A DNA stretch of 64,000 nt, taken from contig LDXM01000004.1 of NCBI GenBank assembly GCA_001443375.1, forward strand, positions 75,266 through 139,265, in the 5' to 3' direction. Position 1 is the first letter of the stretch, and every line of letters begins with the position of its first letter. Below are positions 26,697 through 36,806 of the stretch, in pieces. The DNA comes from Chloroflexi bacterium CSP1-4 (GTDB taxonomy: Bacteria; Chloroflexota; Limnocylindria; Limnocylindrales; CSP1-4). The position numbers and the translations under genes are program-made. A model generated the notes under the pieces. The model was not told where the DNA came from and made no database searches. It worked only from the letters and a program-made list of their open reading frames with translations.

Positions 26697-27751
26697 GCCC
26701 GGCCCCCGGTGAGCTCCTCGGTTCCCAGCACCTTCGCGTACAGCGCGATGGCCAGCAGGATGGCGCCCATGAGGATGAACGAGAGCGCGCTCGCCACCGG
26801 GTAGTCGGTCTGGAACAGGTAGCGGTTCTGGATGACGTTGCCGATCATCTGGTTGTTCGGGCTCACGCCCAGGAGGTCGGCGTTCACGTAGTCGCCGACG
26901 GCGGGGATGAAGGTCAGGATCGAGGCGGCGAAGACGCCCGGCAGGGACAGCGGGAAGACGACCCGCACGAACGCCTCGGTCACCAGGAAGTGGGCAACGA
27001 GGCCACCGAGCAGCCCGCCCACCAGCGCGGCGCCGGCGGCGGCGACCAGGCCGGAAGGGTCGCCCGGGTCCGCATAGCGCAGCCCGACCATGAGCGCGAT
27101 GGCCAACGCGCCGCCGAGGGCGGCGCCGATGGCGGTCCCGCGCGGTCGCCAGGGACCCGCGTAGAGGTCCCGGGCCGCCTCGATGAGCCGGATGTCGACC
27201 TTCTCCAGGGACACGTAGAGCGGCAGCACCATGAAGGGCAGCAGCTGGTAGGTGAGCCCCGAGACCACGGCCAGCGGCGTGCCCATCACGCTGAAGTTCG
27301 CCGGCACGAGGTGCAGCGCGTCGCGCACGACGGCGAGGAACGGCCCGTCGTTGCCCAGGATGACCTTCCACGAGATGGTGCGGATGAGGAAGCTGGTGAA
27401 GAAGGGCGCGATGACCAGGAAGAGCAGCAGGTTCTTGTAGCGCCCGCCACGGAAGGCGATGGCGTAGGCCAGCGGGTAGCCGATGGCGAAGCAGAGGGTC
27501 GTGGCCAACGCGCCGAAGACGAGCGAGTTGCGCACGTTGTCCTGGAACTTGACCACGACCTCGGGGTAGTTGCCGATCGCCCACACGTCGGGCGGCTGGA
27601 CGATGCCCGTGTTGACCGTCCCCTCGGAGATCGAGAAGAGGATCATGGGCACCATGGGCACGACGAAGAAGGCGACGAGCCAGAGCAAGCCCGGCGCCAT
27701 CAGCACGTACGGCACGGCCCAGCGATAGCGGTGGACGAGGCGACCGATCAC
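26693..27751 (-). CDS. ABC transporter permease (PotB/PotH-like)
   Basis: 352 aa. Binding-protein-dependent transport system inner-membrane component with EAA loop (...IEAARDLYAGPWR...). Confidence 0.85.
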   Translation of the reverse strand: MIGRLVHRYRWAVPYVLMAPGLLWLVAFFVVPMVPMILFSISEGTVNTGIVQPPDVWAIGNYPEVVVKFQDNVRNSLVFGALATTLCFAIGYPLAYAIAFRGGRYKNLLLFLVIAPFFTSFLIRTISWKVILGNDGPFLAVVRDALHLVPANFSVMGTPLAVVSGLTYQLLPFMVLPLYVSLEKVDIRLIEAARDLYAGPWRPRGTAIGAALGGALAIALMVGLRYADPGDPSGLVAAAGAALVGGLLGGLVAHFLVTEAFVRVVFPLSLPGVFAASILTFIPAVGDYVNADLLGVSPNNQMIGNVIQNRYLFQTDYPVASALSFILMGAILLAIALYAKVLGTEELTGGRA

Positions 27752-27788
27752 CGCTCGTCGCTCTGGGCTCCCGGGTCGGTTCGGGCGC

Positions 27789-29021
27789 CTATGCGCCCTC
27801 GAGGTCGGAGGCGAGCTCGCTGACGGCGAGGTCGTCTTCGTCGCTCAGCGCGGGCTGGGCGTACTGCTTCTCCACCACCTGGGCCGGCGGGAAGAGGAGG
27901 GGGTTGGCGCCGGCCTCCGGATCGAGGGCGAGGATGGCCTCCTCGACGCCCGCCACCGGCGAGATGTAGTAGATCCAGTTGGCCAGGGCGGCAGCCCGGT
28001 CCACGTCGTAGACCCAGTCGATCATCGCTTCCGCGGCGCGCTTGTGGACGGCGCCCTTGGGGATGACCATGTTGTCGGTCCAGATGATCGAGCCCTCGGA
28101 GGCGTAGACGAAGCGGTCGTCCGGACCACCAGACGAAGCCAGGTCGCCCGACCAGACGATGGCCACCCAGGTGTCCCCGCTGCCGAAGTCCTGGAGATAC
28201 TCGTTGCCGGTGAAGCCGCGGATGTGGCCGCTGTCCACGTACGGCTTCAGGAAGTCGTGGATCTTCTGGGCGTCGGCGACGGTCATCTGGTCGGGCGTCG
28301 TGGTCAGCTTGCCCTGCTGGCGCAGCAGCAGGTGGATCATCGCGAACGAGTCCTGGTAGCCCGACAGGAGCGTGACCTTGCCCGCGAAGGCCGGGTCGAA
28401 CAGGTCGCCCAGCGAGGTGAGGTCGCGACCGGTGCTGACGCGGTTGTAGCCGACGCCGTCGGCGCCCGACTGCCAGGGGTAATGGAACTTCTGGTCCGGG
28501 TCCCAGGCCAGGCCACGCAGCGCGCCGCGCAGGTTCGCCGCGGCGGTGGGCACGTTGGCCGGGTCGATCTCGTCGAGCCACCCCTTGCGCACGAGCCGCG
28601 CAGCCATGTAGTCGGTCAGGACCATCAGGTCCCAGCCCGTGTCGAGGCCCGCGTCGAGTGCCTGGGTGATGGTGGCCACGAAGTCCTCGTTGGCCTGGAT
28701 GTCCTCGACGTAGTTGACTTCGATGCCGTACTCGGCCTTGAACGCCTCCAGCGTGGGTGAGCTGGTCTCGTCCTCCGTGAGGTCGATGTAGGCGGGCCAG
28801 TTGGCGAAGTTCAGGGGGCCCTCGATCGGGACCTCGGCGACCGTCGGCTCGACCGTCGGCCCGACGGTCGAGCTGCCGCCCGGCGTCGGCTCCTCGGTGG
28901 CCGTGCCGCCGCCGCCGCAGGCCGCCAGGAAGGCGGCCGCGCCCGCCACGGCCGAACCCTGCAACAGGCGCCGCCGGCTGATCGGCGCCTGCAACGCGCT
29001 CAGGGTGTTGAGTTCTTCCAT
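27789..29021 (-). CDS. ABC transporter substrate-binding lipoprotein (PotD/PotF spermidine/putrescine-binding family)
   Basis: ATG at 29021 with GAGGAGGAGG SD. Tat/lipoprotein signal RRRLLQGSAVAGAAAFLAACGG. The PotD-family fold is apparent from length and conserved W/Y/D pattern. Confidence 0.8.
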   Translation of the reverse strand: MEELNTLSALQAPISRRRLLQGSAVAGAAAFLAACGGGGTATEEPTPGGSSTVGPTVEPTVAEVPIEGPLNFANWPAYIDLTEDETSSPTLEAFKAEYGIEVNYVEDIQANEDFVATITQALDAGLDTGWDLMVLTDYMAARLVRKGWLDEIDPANVPTAAANLRGALRGLAWDPDQKFHYPWQSGADGVGYNRVSTGRDLTSLGDLFDPAFAGKVTLLSGYQDSFAMIHLLLRQQGKLTTTPDQMTVADAQKIHDFLKPYVDSGHIRGFTGNEYLQDFGSGDTWVAIVWSGDLASSGGPDDRFVYASEGSIIWTDNMVIPKGAVHKRAAEAMIDWVYDVDRAAALANWIYYISPVAGVEEAILALDPEAGANPLLFPPAQVVEKQYAQPALSDEDDLAVSELASDLEGA

Positions 29022-29055
29022 CGGATCCTCCTCCTCGCCGTCCCCGGGGTCCGGG

Positions 29056-30180
29056 CTACGACGCCTCCTCCTGGGCCGACGTCTCCCCGCCGCCGACGAC
29101 GAACGTGTGGTCAGGCGACCAGCCGAGCTGGACCGTCTCACCCTGCCGATAGAGCGAATCGTGTGCGGTGTGGCTCACATTCTGCTCGTAGACCGTGACC
29201 TTTTCTCCACCGCGCAGCTCGGCGATGTACTGCGTGCTCACCCCGAGGTAGCTGGCGTCCCGCACGACGCCTTCGACGAGGTTGCTGCCGGCCGGCGCGT
29301 CCTCGACACGCTCGAAGAGCCGGATCTTCTCGGGGCGTACCCCGATCTCGAGGCGGTTCGCGCCGGGCACCAGCGCCCGCGGGACGCGCAGCGGCGTGCG
29401 GTCGGCGAGGCGCACCACGGCGTAGCCGTCGGCGCTGCCGTCGGGATCGACCTGCAGCAGGTTGCAGATGCCCAGGAAGCTGGCCACGAAGCGGGTCCGC
29501 GGCCGCTCGTAGAGTTCCTCCGGCTGGCCCAGCTGCTCGTAGCGCCCCTTGTGCATGACGGCGATGCGATCCGACATCGTCATCGCCTCCTCCTGGTCAT
29601 GGGTCACGTAGATGAACGTGATCCCGACCTCCTGCTGGATGCGCTTGAGCTCGACCTGCATCTGCTTGCGCAGCTTCAGGTCGAGGGCGCCGAGCGGCTC
29701 GTCGAGGAGGAGCACCGCCGGCCGGTTGATGAGGGCGCGTGCTAGCGCCACGCGCTGTGCCTGGCCGCCGGAGATCTGGTTCGGCTTGCGCTTCTCGAAG
29801 CCGGGCAGCTCGACGAGCTCCAGCATCTCCGTCACGCGCTGCCTGATCGTCGCGTCGGCGACCCTGCGTCGGCGCAGGCCAAAGGCGACGTTCTCGAAGA
29901 TCGACAGGTGCGGGAAGAGGGCGTAGTTCTGGAAGACGGTGTTGACGTTGCGCTGGTAGGGCGGCAGCCAGGTCACGTCCTCGCCCTGCAGCTCGATGAG
30001 GCCGCTCGTCGGCTGCTCGAAGCCGCCGATCATGCGCAACGTCGTCGTCTTGCCACATCCCGATGGACCGAGGAGTGAGAAGAACTCCCCGTCCTGCACC
30101 TCGAGGTCGATGTGGTCGACGGCGTTGAAGTCGCCGAACGACTTGGTCACGTCGACGAGGCGGACGTCGATGGCGGACAC
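29056..30180 (-). CDS. ABC transporter ATP-binding protein (PotA-like, with C-terminal TOBE domain)
   Basis: GTG at 30180 with GAGGAG SD. Walker [10 protein letters not shown], signature [15 protein letters not shown], Walker [12 protein letters not shown]. The N-terminal 22 codons of the ORF track were trimmed because they read through the promoter. Confidence 0.85.
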   Translation of the reverse strand: MSAIDVRLVDVTKSFGDFNAVDHIDLEVQDGEFFSLLGPSGCGKTTTLRMIGGFEQPTSGLIELQGEDVTWLPPYQRNVNTVFQNYALFPHLSIFENVAFGLRRRRVADATIRQRVTEMLELVELPGFEKRKPNQISGGQAQRVALARALINRPAVLLLDEPLGALDLKLRKQMQVELKRIQQEVGITFIYVTHDQEEAMTMSDRIAVMHKGRYEQLGQPEELYERPRTRFVASFLGICNLLQVDPDGSADGYAVVRLADRTPLRVPRALVPGANRLEIGVRPEKIRLFERVEDAPAGSNLVEGVVRDASYLGVSTQYIAELRGGEKVTVYEQNVSHTAHDSLYRQGETVQLGWSPDHTFVVGGGETSAQEEAS

Positions 30181-30216
30181 GGCCTGCGGGGGCTCCTCTG
30201 CCGGGGGTGGTGGCGC

Positions 30217-30246
30217 AGTATACGAACGGCCCGAAACGAGTGTCAA
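30217..30246 (-). promoter_or_regulatory. sigma70-type promoter TTGACA-N18-TATACT for the potA-like operon
   Basis: Minus strand has TTGACA (plus 30241-30246), an 18-nt spacer and TATACT (plus 30217-30222). A GAGGAG SD and the GTG at 30180 lie downstream. Confidence 0.45.
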
Positions 30247-30389
30247 TTCGCGGCCTCAGGCGGCGCGAGTGTGCGAATCTCGCACGATCGGGCCTCCGGG
30301 TGATGCCGTTTCGCAGCGGGATGTCGCTCGTTCCCGCGCGACCGTGGCTTCCCGACCGGCGCGCGGCACATCCGGCCCGGGCGGATTAG

Positions 30390-30416
30390 GATTGTGACGC
30401 TCAGACCGTCACAATC
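30390..30416. promoter_or_regulatory. perfect 10-bp inverted repeat GATTGTGACG-N7-CGTCACAATC (candidate operator) in the potA/mrp divergent region
   Basis: Read directly from sequence. It is centred about 55 bp upstream of the mrp ATG and preceded by GGATTA-GGATTG. Confidence 0.4.
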
Positions 30417-30457
30417 CCCGGCCGGCCCGACCACATGATGAAGGGACTTGATCGCCC

Positions 30458-31531
30458 ATGACCGCCATCAGCGAGGCCGCCGTCCATGACGCCCTGCGCA
30501 CCGTGCAGGAGCCCGAACTCGGCGGTGATCTCGTCTCGCGCGGCATGGTCAAATCGATCGCGGTGGACGCCGACCACGTGGCGTTGACCATCGAGCTGAC
30601 CACGCCCGCCTGTCCCCTCAAGGACGAGATCACCGATCGCATCCGCGCAGCCCTGACGCCGCTGGGCGTCGGCGCCGTGGACGTGGAGTGGACCGCCGCG
30701 GTGCGCCGGGCGTCGCCCCAGGCCGCTCAGCAGCTCGTGCCGGGCGTGAAGAACATCATCGCCGTCGCATCGGGCAAGGGCGGCGTGGGCAAGACGACCG
30801 TGAGCGCCAACCTCGCCGTCGCCCTGGCCATGGAGGGGGCTTCTGTCGGCCTCCTCGACGCCGACATCACCGGGCCGAACGTGCCGCTCATGATGGGCGT
30901 GGAGGGTCAGCCGCGGGCGACCGCCGACAACAGGATCCTGCCCCTCGAGCGCTACGGCGTGAAGGTCATCTCCATCCAGTTCTTCGTGCCCGAGGGCCAG
31001 CCGATCGTGTGGCGCGGACCGCTCGTCGGCGGCGCCATCCAGCAGTTCCTGCGCGACGTGGAATGGGGCGAGCTGGACTACCTCGTCGTGGACCTGCCGC
31101 CGGGCACCTCGGACGCGCAGCTGACGCTGGCCCAGGCCGTGCCGATCAGCGGCACGCTCCTGGTGACGACGCCCCAGGACGTGGCCATCGCCGACGTCGA
31201 GAAGGCACTCGCGATGTTCAAGCGCATGAGCGTGCCCGTGCTGGGCATCGTCGAGAACATGAGCACCTTCGTCTGCGCCCACTGCGGCGAGGTGACCGAG
31301 ATCTTCGGGCGGGACGGCGGCGAGCGCTTCGCGAAGCGCCACGAGATCGAGTACTTCGGGTCCATCCCGCTCGACATCCGCGTCCGCCAGGGCGGCGACG
31401 CCGGTGTGCCGGCCGTCGCGCAGCGAGACCCGGGGCCCGCCGCGGAGGTCATGCGCCAGCTGGCGCGCACCGTGGCCGCGCGCATGAGCGTTCGCGCCGC
31501 GCGCCAGGCGCCGGTGCTCTCGATCAGCTAG
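30458..31531 (+). CDS. apbC: Mrp/ApbC/NBP35 family iron-sulfur cluster carrier ATPase
   Basis: N-terminal DUF59/MIP18-like domain followed by the deviant Walker A ASGKGGVGKTT and the CxxC motif (CAHCG). Length is 357 aa. Confidence 0.9.
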   Translation: MTAISEAAVHDALRTVQEPELGGDLVSRGMVKSIAVDADHVALTIELTTPACPLKDEITDRIRAALTPLGVGAVDVEWTAAVRRASPQAAQQLVPGVKNIIAVASGKGGVGKTTVSANLAVALAMEGASVGLLDADITGPNVPLMMGVEGQPRATADNRILPLERYGVKVISIQFFVPEGQPIVWRGPLVGGAIQQFLRDVEWGELDYLVVDLPPGTSDAQLTLAQAVPISGTLLVTTPQDVAIADVEKALAMFKRMSVPVLGIVENMSTFVCAHCGEVTEIFGRDGGERFAKRHEIEYFGSIPLDIRVRQGGDAGVPAVAQRDPGPAAEVMRQLARTVAARMSVRAARQAPVLSIS

Positions 31532-32720
31532 CGCGCCCCTTCGGCGCGCCGTCCCCGAGGCGTCGCCACAACTCGGCGGCTGCGGCCAGCGCCGCCCGGC
31601 GGCGTCCCTGGTCGCCGGTCAGGAAGGCCGTTCGCGTCGTCCGCGCCACGAGCCCCTCGATGTCCGTGGCGATCGTCACGGCCATGTCACCGGCGCGCTC
31701 GCGGGCCCGGACGGCCAGCCCGATCTCGACCCCGGCGATCTCGCGCACGCGGCGCGCGTACGCCGCCATGTCGCGGTGACGGCGGGCCAGGGGCGTGGTC
31801 GGCGCCAGCGTCTCGGCGAAGAGCAGCCACGGCGCTGCGCCGAGCAGCCCTCCCAGCTGCCCGCCGGTGCCGATCTCGACCAGCGCCAGGCTTCGGCCCG
31901 CGAGACGGGCGCCGATGGCATCGGACCAGGTCTCGTCGCCGCGGGCGAACAGGTACGGCGCGAGGAGTGGCCCCATCTCGGCGATGGCCCGGTCCACCAA
32001 CGCGGCCGCGGCCGGACCGTCGGCGGCGGTCGCGCTGACGCGCAGGTCCACCGCGTCGTGTCGCGCATAGGTCGCCACCTGCGGGTTGGCGGTCCGCAGG
32101 CGCGCCTCCCCCAGCAGGTCGGCCAGGGCCGACTCGCCGATGCCGGTCAGCCTCAGCGTCGCGGCGGCACGGTCCACGCCGACACCACGAGTGCCAAGCC
32201 GCGGCCGAGCTTCATTCCGCCACATCGGGGTCATTTCTCGCGGGGGTCCGGGGAGGGCTACCACCACCCGACCGTCCGGCCGGTCCACCCACCAGCCGGG
32301 CGCGGTGCCGACCGGGTTGGGCAGAGGCCGGGCGCTCGGGATGAGCCAGGCCTGCTTGCGGTTGCTGGGCGGCATCTCGAGGCCGCGTCGCGTGTACAGA
32401 TCGCGCAGCCAGGCCTCGAGCCCCGCATCCACGGTCGGCACCTCACCGCAGGCGGCGGCGATGGCCTCGCGGGTGAGGTCGTCCGGGGTCGGGCCGAGCC
32501 CGCCGGTCGTGACCACGATGTCGGCGGCGGCGAGGGCGTCGGAGATGCCGGCCGTTACGGCCGCCAGGTCGTCGGGCAGGGCGGCCAGACGCAGGACCTC
32601 CACGCCCAGCGCGGTCAGCTCGCGGGCAAGGTCGCCGCCGTTCGTGTCGCGCGTCTCACCGACGGTCAGCTCCGTCCCCACGGCGAGCAGGATGGCGGTC
32701 GTGAGGCGGCGCTCGGTCAT
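31524..32720 (-). CDS. cinA: CinA family competence/damage-inducible protein (MoCF-binding plus CinA C-terminal domains)
   Basis: LLAVGTELTVGETRDTNG...VVTTGGLGPTPDDLT N-terminal MoaB/MogA-like domain and a C-terminal CinA nicotinamide-nucleotide amidase-like domain. Length is 398 aa. Confidence 0.85.
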   Translation of the reverse strand: MTERRLTTAILLAVGTELTVGETRDTNGGDLARELTALGVEVLRLAALPDDLAAVTAGISDALAAADIVVTTGGLGPTPDDLTREAIAAACGEVPTVDAGLEAWLRDLYTRRGLEMPPSNRKQAWLIPSARPLPNPVGTAPGWWVDRPDGRVVVALPGPPREMTPMWRNEARPRLGTRGVGVDRAAATLRLTGIGESALADLLGEARLRTANPQVATYARHDAVDLRVSATAADGPAAAALVDRAIAEMGPLLAPYLFARGDETWSDAIGARLAGRSLALVEIGTGGQLGGLLGAAPWLLFAETLAPTTPLARRHRDMAAYARRVREIAGVEIGLAVRARERAGDMAVTIATDIEGLVARTTRTAFLTGDQGRRRAALAAAAELWRRLGDGAPKGRAS

Positions 32721-32793
32721 GCCGCTGACGGTAGCGCACCGGGGCGGGCTGGGCGACGCGGCGGTCGTTGTTGACGTCGCTCGGCCAGTGTGG

Positions 32794-32819
32794 TAGCACT
32801 CTCCTATCGAGAGTGCTAA
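32794..32819 (+). promoter_or_regulatory. CIRCE operator (HrcA binding site) upstream of groEL
   Basis: TAGCACTC-N9-GAGTGCTAA matches the CIRCE consensus TTAGCACTC-N9-GAGTGCTAA. It is 48 nt upstream of the groEL ATG, with TTGACG at 32771. Confidence 0.85.
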
Positions 32820-32866
32820 CCGCCTGACGGGCGGCCGCGAGATGGAGTCAGCCCGAGGAGGTTCCC

Positions 32867-34504
32867 ATGGCCAAGCTCATCACCTACGACGAAGAGGCGC
32901 GCCACGCGATGAAGCGGGGCATCGACGCCCTGTCCGCGGCGGTGGTCACGACGCTCGGCCCCAAGGGCCGCAATGTCGCGCTGGACAAGAAGTACGGCGC
33001 GCCCACGGTCACCCACGACGGCGTGACGGTGGCCCGCGACATCGAGCTGGACGATCCCTTCGAGAACATGGGCGCGCAGCTCCTCAAGGAGGCGGCCACC
33101 AAGACCGAGGATGATGCCGGCGACGGCACGACGACCGCCACGCTGCTGGCCCAGGCGATCATCCACGAGGGCCTCAGGAACGTCGCCGCGGGTGCCAACC
33201 CGATGCAGATGAAGACCGGCGTCGAGAAGGCGACGGCGGTCGCGGTCAAGGCCATCAAGGATGCGGCCACGCCGGTCAAGGGCCACGACGACGTGGCCCA
33301 GGTGGCCACCATCAGCGCGGCCGATGCGGAGATCGGCAACCTCATCGCCGAGGTCATGGACAAGGTCGGCAAGGATGGCGTCATCACCGTCGAAGAGTCG
33401 AAGACGCTGGCCTTCGAGACCGAGTACGTCGAGGGCATGCAGTTCGACCGGGGCTACCTCTCGCCCTACTTCGTGACCGACACCCATCGCATGGAGTCGG
33501 TCCTCGAGGAGCCCTACATCCTCATCACCGACAAGAAGATCAGCGCCATCGCGGACATCCTGCCGACGCTCGAGAAGGTCATCGGAGCCGGCAAGAAGGA
33601 GCTGCTCATCGTCGCCGAGGACGTCGACGGGGAGGCGCTGGCGACGCTCGTCGTGAACAAGCTGCGTGGCATCGTCAGCGTGCTGGCCGTGAAGGCGCCG
33701 GGCTTCGGCGATCGGCGCAAGGAGATGCTGCGCGACGTCGCCGTCCTGACCGGCGGGCAGGTCATCAGCGAGGAGCTGGGCAAGAAGCTGGACTCCGCAC
33801 AGCTGGCGGACCTCGGACAGGCGAGGCGGGTGGTGGCCACGAAGGACGAGACGACGATCGTCGAGGGCCGGGGCGCGCCGGCCGAGATCGAGGGCCGCAT
33901 GAAGCAGATCAAGGCCCAGATCGAGGAGACCACCTCCGACTACGACAAGGAGAAGCTCCAGGAGCGGCTGGCCAAGCTGGCCGGCGGGGTGGCCATCATC
34001 AAGGTCGGTGCCGGCACGGAGGTCGAGCTCAAGGAGAAGAAGCACCGGGTCGAGGACGCCCTCTCGGCCACGCGCGCCGCGGTCGAGGAGGGGATCGTGC
34101 CCGGCGGCGGGGTGGTCCTGCTCCACGCTCAGAAGGCGCTCGGAGAGCTGAAGCTCGAGGGGGACGCAGGGGTCGGCGTCAGCATCGTCCGCCGTGCGCT
34201 CGAGGAGCCGCTGCGGCAGATCGCCGAGAACGCCGGGCTGGACGGCTCGGTCGTGCTGGAGAACGTGCGCCGGCTGCAGAAGGAGCGCAAGGACCCCAAC
34301 CTCGGCTACGACGTCATGGCCGGCGAGTACGTGAACATGCTGAAGCGGGGCATCGTGGATCCGGCCAAGGTGACCCACTCGGCGCTCGAGAACGCCGCCT
34401 CGATCGCGGCCATGGTGCTGACCACCGAGGCCATGATCACGGACAAGCCGGAGCCGAAGAAGGCCGGCGCGCCGATGCCGGGCGGCGGGATGGACGACTT
34501 CTAA
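32867..34504 (+). CDS. groEL: chaperonin GroEL (Cpn60), standalone copy without groES
   Basis: Motifs [12 protein letters not shown]...TLGPKGRNV...[14 protein letters not shown]... and the C-terminal GGM-type tail (PGGGMDDF). Length is 545 aa. GAGGAGG SD. Confidence 0.95.
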   Translation: MAKLITYDEEARHAMKRGIDALSAAVVTTLGPKGRNVALDKKYGAPTVTHDGVTVARDIELDDPFENMGAQLLKEAATKTEDDAGDGTTTATLLAQAIIHEGLRNVAAGANPMQMKTGVEKATAVAVKAIKDAATPVKGHDDVAQVATISAADAEIGNLIAEVMDKVGKDGVITVEESKTLAFETEYVEGMQFDRGYLSPYFVTDTHRMESVLEEPYILITDKKISAIADILPTLEKVIGAGKKELLIVAEDVDGEALATLVVNKLRGIVSVLAVKAPGFGDRRKEMLRDVAVLTGGQVISEELGKKLDSAQLADLGQARRVVATKDETTIVEGRGAPAEIEGRMKQIKAQIEETTSDYDKEKLQERLAKLAGGVAIIKVGAGTEVELKEKKHRVEDALSATRAAVEEGIVPGGGVVLLHAQKALGELKLEGDAGVGVSIVRRALEEPLRQIAENAGLDGSVVLENVRRLQKERKDPNLGYDVMAGEYVNMLKRGIVDPAKVTHSALENAASIAAMVLTTEAMITDKPEPKKAGAPMPGGGMDDF

Positions 34505-34632
34505 GCGGGCGGGCCCGAGCCGCCCCCGGACGAGGCCGGACCATCGGGGGGTCGTCGACGCGTGGCGCGCAGGGCGTATGCTCGGGCCGCGCCTGGACTC
34601 GGGCGAGCGACCCGGGCCGGCGTGGAGAGCGG

Positions 34633-35280
34633 GTGCGCGCGATGACGCAGGCCTTCGAGCCGATCGGTTTCGCCGCCTTCGACCGCCTGGCGGCCCTGTT
34701 CCGCGCGACCCGCGGCGTCCTCGATGCCGCGTTCCGTGGAGCCGAGCTGCCGGCCGGCGCGGCGGACCTCATCGCCGACGCGGCCCTGCCCCACGTCGAG
34801 GCCATGGCCTCCGGCCTGCGCATCACGCTCGAGGCGGACGACGCGGACCTCGATGAGCTGCGCGACCTGTTGCTGGCCGGCGGCTTCGGCCCGTTACCCG
34901 ACGCGAGCGCGCCCGAGGCGCGGGCCGCGCTCATCGAGGCGCTCCAGGCGCGAAGCGGCGTGGGCGGCGTGCGCGAGCTCGTCCCGGCGCCGTCCGAGCC
35001 GCTCACGGCCGTCGGCCACGCCCGCCTGGTGTTCGCGTTCCTGCCGCGCACGCCGCCCGCTGCCGTCCACTTCCCGGCCGGCCGTCGCACCTACGCGGAC
35101 ATCCCCGTCCCACGCTCGGCGGGCGAGTACGCGATGCGCATCGAGGAGCTGGAGCGCGAGCTGTGGTCGGTCGCGGTGGGCCGCGGTCCGCGCGACCCGC
35201 ACGGCGCCTACCGGCGCACGTACGGCTTCTTCGACACGGCCGAGCGCCTTGCCGTGGAGGGCCTGCGGCCGACTGGGTGA
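34633..35280 (+). CDS. hypothetical protein
   Basis: 215 aa with real-protein composition and no recognisable motifs. Start is either GTG 34633 or ATG 34642. Confidence 0.4.
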   Translation: MRAMTQAFEPIGFAAFDRLAALFRATRGVLDAAFRGAELPAGAADLIADAALPHVEAMASGLRITLEADDADLDELRDLLLAGGFGPLPDASAPEARAALIEALQARSGVGGVRELVPAPSEPLTAVGHARLVFAFLPRTPPAAVHFPAGRRTYADIPVPRSAGEYAMRIEELERELWSVAVGRGPRDPHGAYRRTYGFFDTAERLAVEGLRPTG

Positions 35281-35341
35281 CGCTGCCCCGGCCGAATGGC
35301 ACTGTGAGGGGTCCCCGGCGCCGCTGGTATCCTTCGGCCGC

Positions 35342-36188
35342 CATGACCGCCCCCGAACCCGACCGCAAGCGACCCGGCCTGCGCGAGCAGATGCGGCGCA
35401 CGCGCGCGGCGGCGATGGCGCTGGCGACCGCCCACCTGGAGCTGCTCAAGGCCGAGCTGGCCGGTATCGGCGCGGAGATCAAGTGGATCGCCGCCCTCGT
35501 CGGCGGCATCGTCGCCCTCCTCCTCTTCGCCCTGAGCCTCCTCGCCATCGGGGGCGTCCTCTTCCTCGGGGAGTGGCTCTTCGGCTCGATCGGCTGGGGC
35601 ATCCTGCACGGGCTGCTGCTCTCGATCGGCGGCATCGTCGCCATGGCCCTGCTGATCCTCGACGTGCCCCGGATACTCGTGACGCGGAGCCTCCTGTGGG
35701 CGCTCGCCAGCGGCGCGTCCGTGAGCGTGGGCCTAGGGCTGAACCTTGCCCGCGAAGCCGCCACGCGCGGGGCGGACTTCGTGATCGCCAACGTGGTCGC
35801 CAACCTCGACCCCGCCTGGGCGCCGGCCGTGGTGGCCGGCGTCGCCGTCGGCGTCGTGCTGGGCATCGTCGGGGCGGTGGTCGGAGCGCGAGGCGGCGGC
35901 CGCAGGGCTGTGGGCGGACTGGTCCTCGGCCTCGTCGTCGGGGCGCTGGTCGGCGCCTTCCTCGGGGGCGTGACCTTCGAGGGGCGGGTGGGCGTGGCGC
36001 TTGGCGTGACGGTCGGCGCGGTTGCGTGGTCGGCGCTGATGGGTGTCGGGGCGGCGCGCTCGGGCATCGACCCCGCGGCGCGCTTCGGGAAGCTGTGGCC
36101 CCGTGAGACCTACGAGACGGCCCTCGGGACGAAGGCCTGGTTGGAGCAGGAATGGACGAAGCGACGACAGCGGCTCGGCGGCAGGTAG
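35342..36188 (+). CDS. Holin-X (holin superfamily III, Phage_holin_3_6)-like multi-TM membrane protein
   Basis: Amphipathic N-terminal helix (LREQMRRTRAAAMALATAHLELLKAELAGIGAEIK) followed by Gly/Ala/Val-rich TM helices. This is characteristic of the actinobacterial Holin-X family, though longer than usual at 281 aa. Confidence 0.5.
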
Positions 36189-36673
36189 ACGCGGCGCGCG
36201 CGGCCCTGCTCGTCGAGGTCGATGAGCTGGAGGCGGCGGCCCGCTCGGCCGTGGACATCCCGGCCAAGGTGCGCCGCAGCCCCGGGAAGGCGGCGGCGAC
36301 CGCCGGCGGCATCGCCTTCCTCGGCCTCGGCGGTCCGCGGCGCCTGTTGCGCGGGCTCCGGCGCGCCGTCCGCGGGGGGAAGGATCCGGTGCCGGGATCG
36401 GTCCTGCCGGAGGAGATCGAGCGGCTCGTCGACGGGCTTGGCGAGAGCGCCCCGGCCGTGCGTGCGCGCCTGGAGCGAGAGTTTGCGTCCTTCCTCGACG
36501 CCCGCAAGCGGAAGGGACGGCTGGGCGATGACGGCCCGGCCACGCTGTGGCGCGTCGTGAACGCCTTCGGGTCGGTGGCCGCCTCGAACGCCGCGCGGAA
36601 GCTCGTCGAGCGTGCCTTCGCGGCCGATCGGGACCGCCCGCCGGTCGCCCCGCCCGAGGACCGCGGGGCGTAG
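36152..36673 (+). CDS. DUF3618-like hypothetical protein (commonly partnered with Holin-X genes)
   Basis: 173 aa, helical and charged, with one short hydrophobic segment. It overlaps the upstream gene by 37 nt. The start could be later. Confidence 0.45.
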   Translation: MDEATTAARRQVDAARAALLVEVDELEAAARSAVDIPAKVRRSPGKAAATAGGIAFLGLGGPRRLLRGLRRAVRGGKDPVPGSVLPEEIERLVDGLGESAPAVRARLEREFASFLDARKRKGRLGDDGPATLWRVVNAFGSVAASNAARKLVERAFAADRDRPPVAPPEDRGA

Positions 36674-36682
36674 ACTCGCCGC

Positions 36683-36770
36683 GGGCGAGTGGCGGAATGG
36701 CAGACGCGCCGGCCTTAGGAGCCGGTGCCGCGCGAGCGGCGTGTCGGTTCGACTCCGACCTCGCCTACCA
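36683..36770 (+). tRNA. tRNA-Leu (anticodon TAG), CCA encoded
   Basis: Acceptor GGGCGAG/CTCGCCT with G-U closing pair. Anticodon stem CCGGC/GCCGG with loop CTTAGGA. Long variable arm TGCCGCGCGAGCGGCGTG. T-arm GTCGG-TTCGACT-CCGAC. Discriminator A plus CCA. TAGACT hexamer lies 6 nt upstream of the 5' end. Confidence 0.85.
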
Positions 36771-36806
36771 GCCCCGGGCAGGGCGCCGCCCTATACTTCC
36801 TCGGCC

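Noticed and set aside
30435-30461. 8-codon uORF MMKGLDRP whose TGA overlaps the mrp ATG
   Set aside because: It is too short and lacks its own SD. It is probably chance. The overlap is noted but not called.
36674-36806. Additional tRNA or sRNA between DUF3618 gene and tig
   Set aside because: Only one cloverleaf (tRNA-Leu TAG, 36683-36770) could be folded. The remaining 36 nt before tig contain just the TATACT promoter hexamer.
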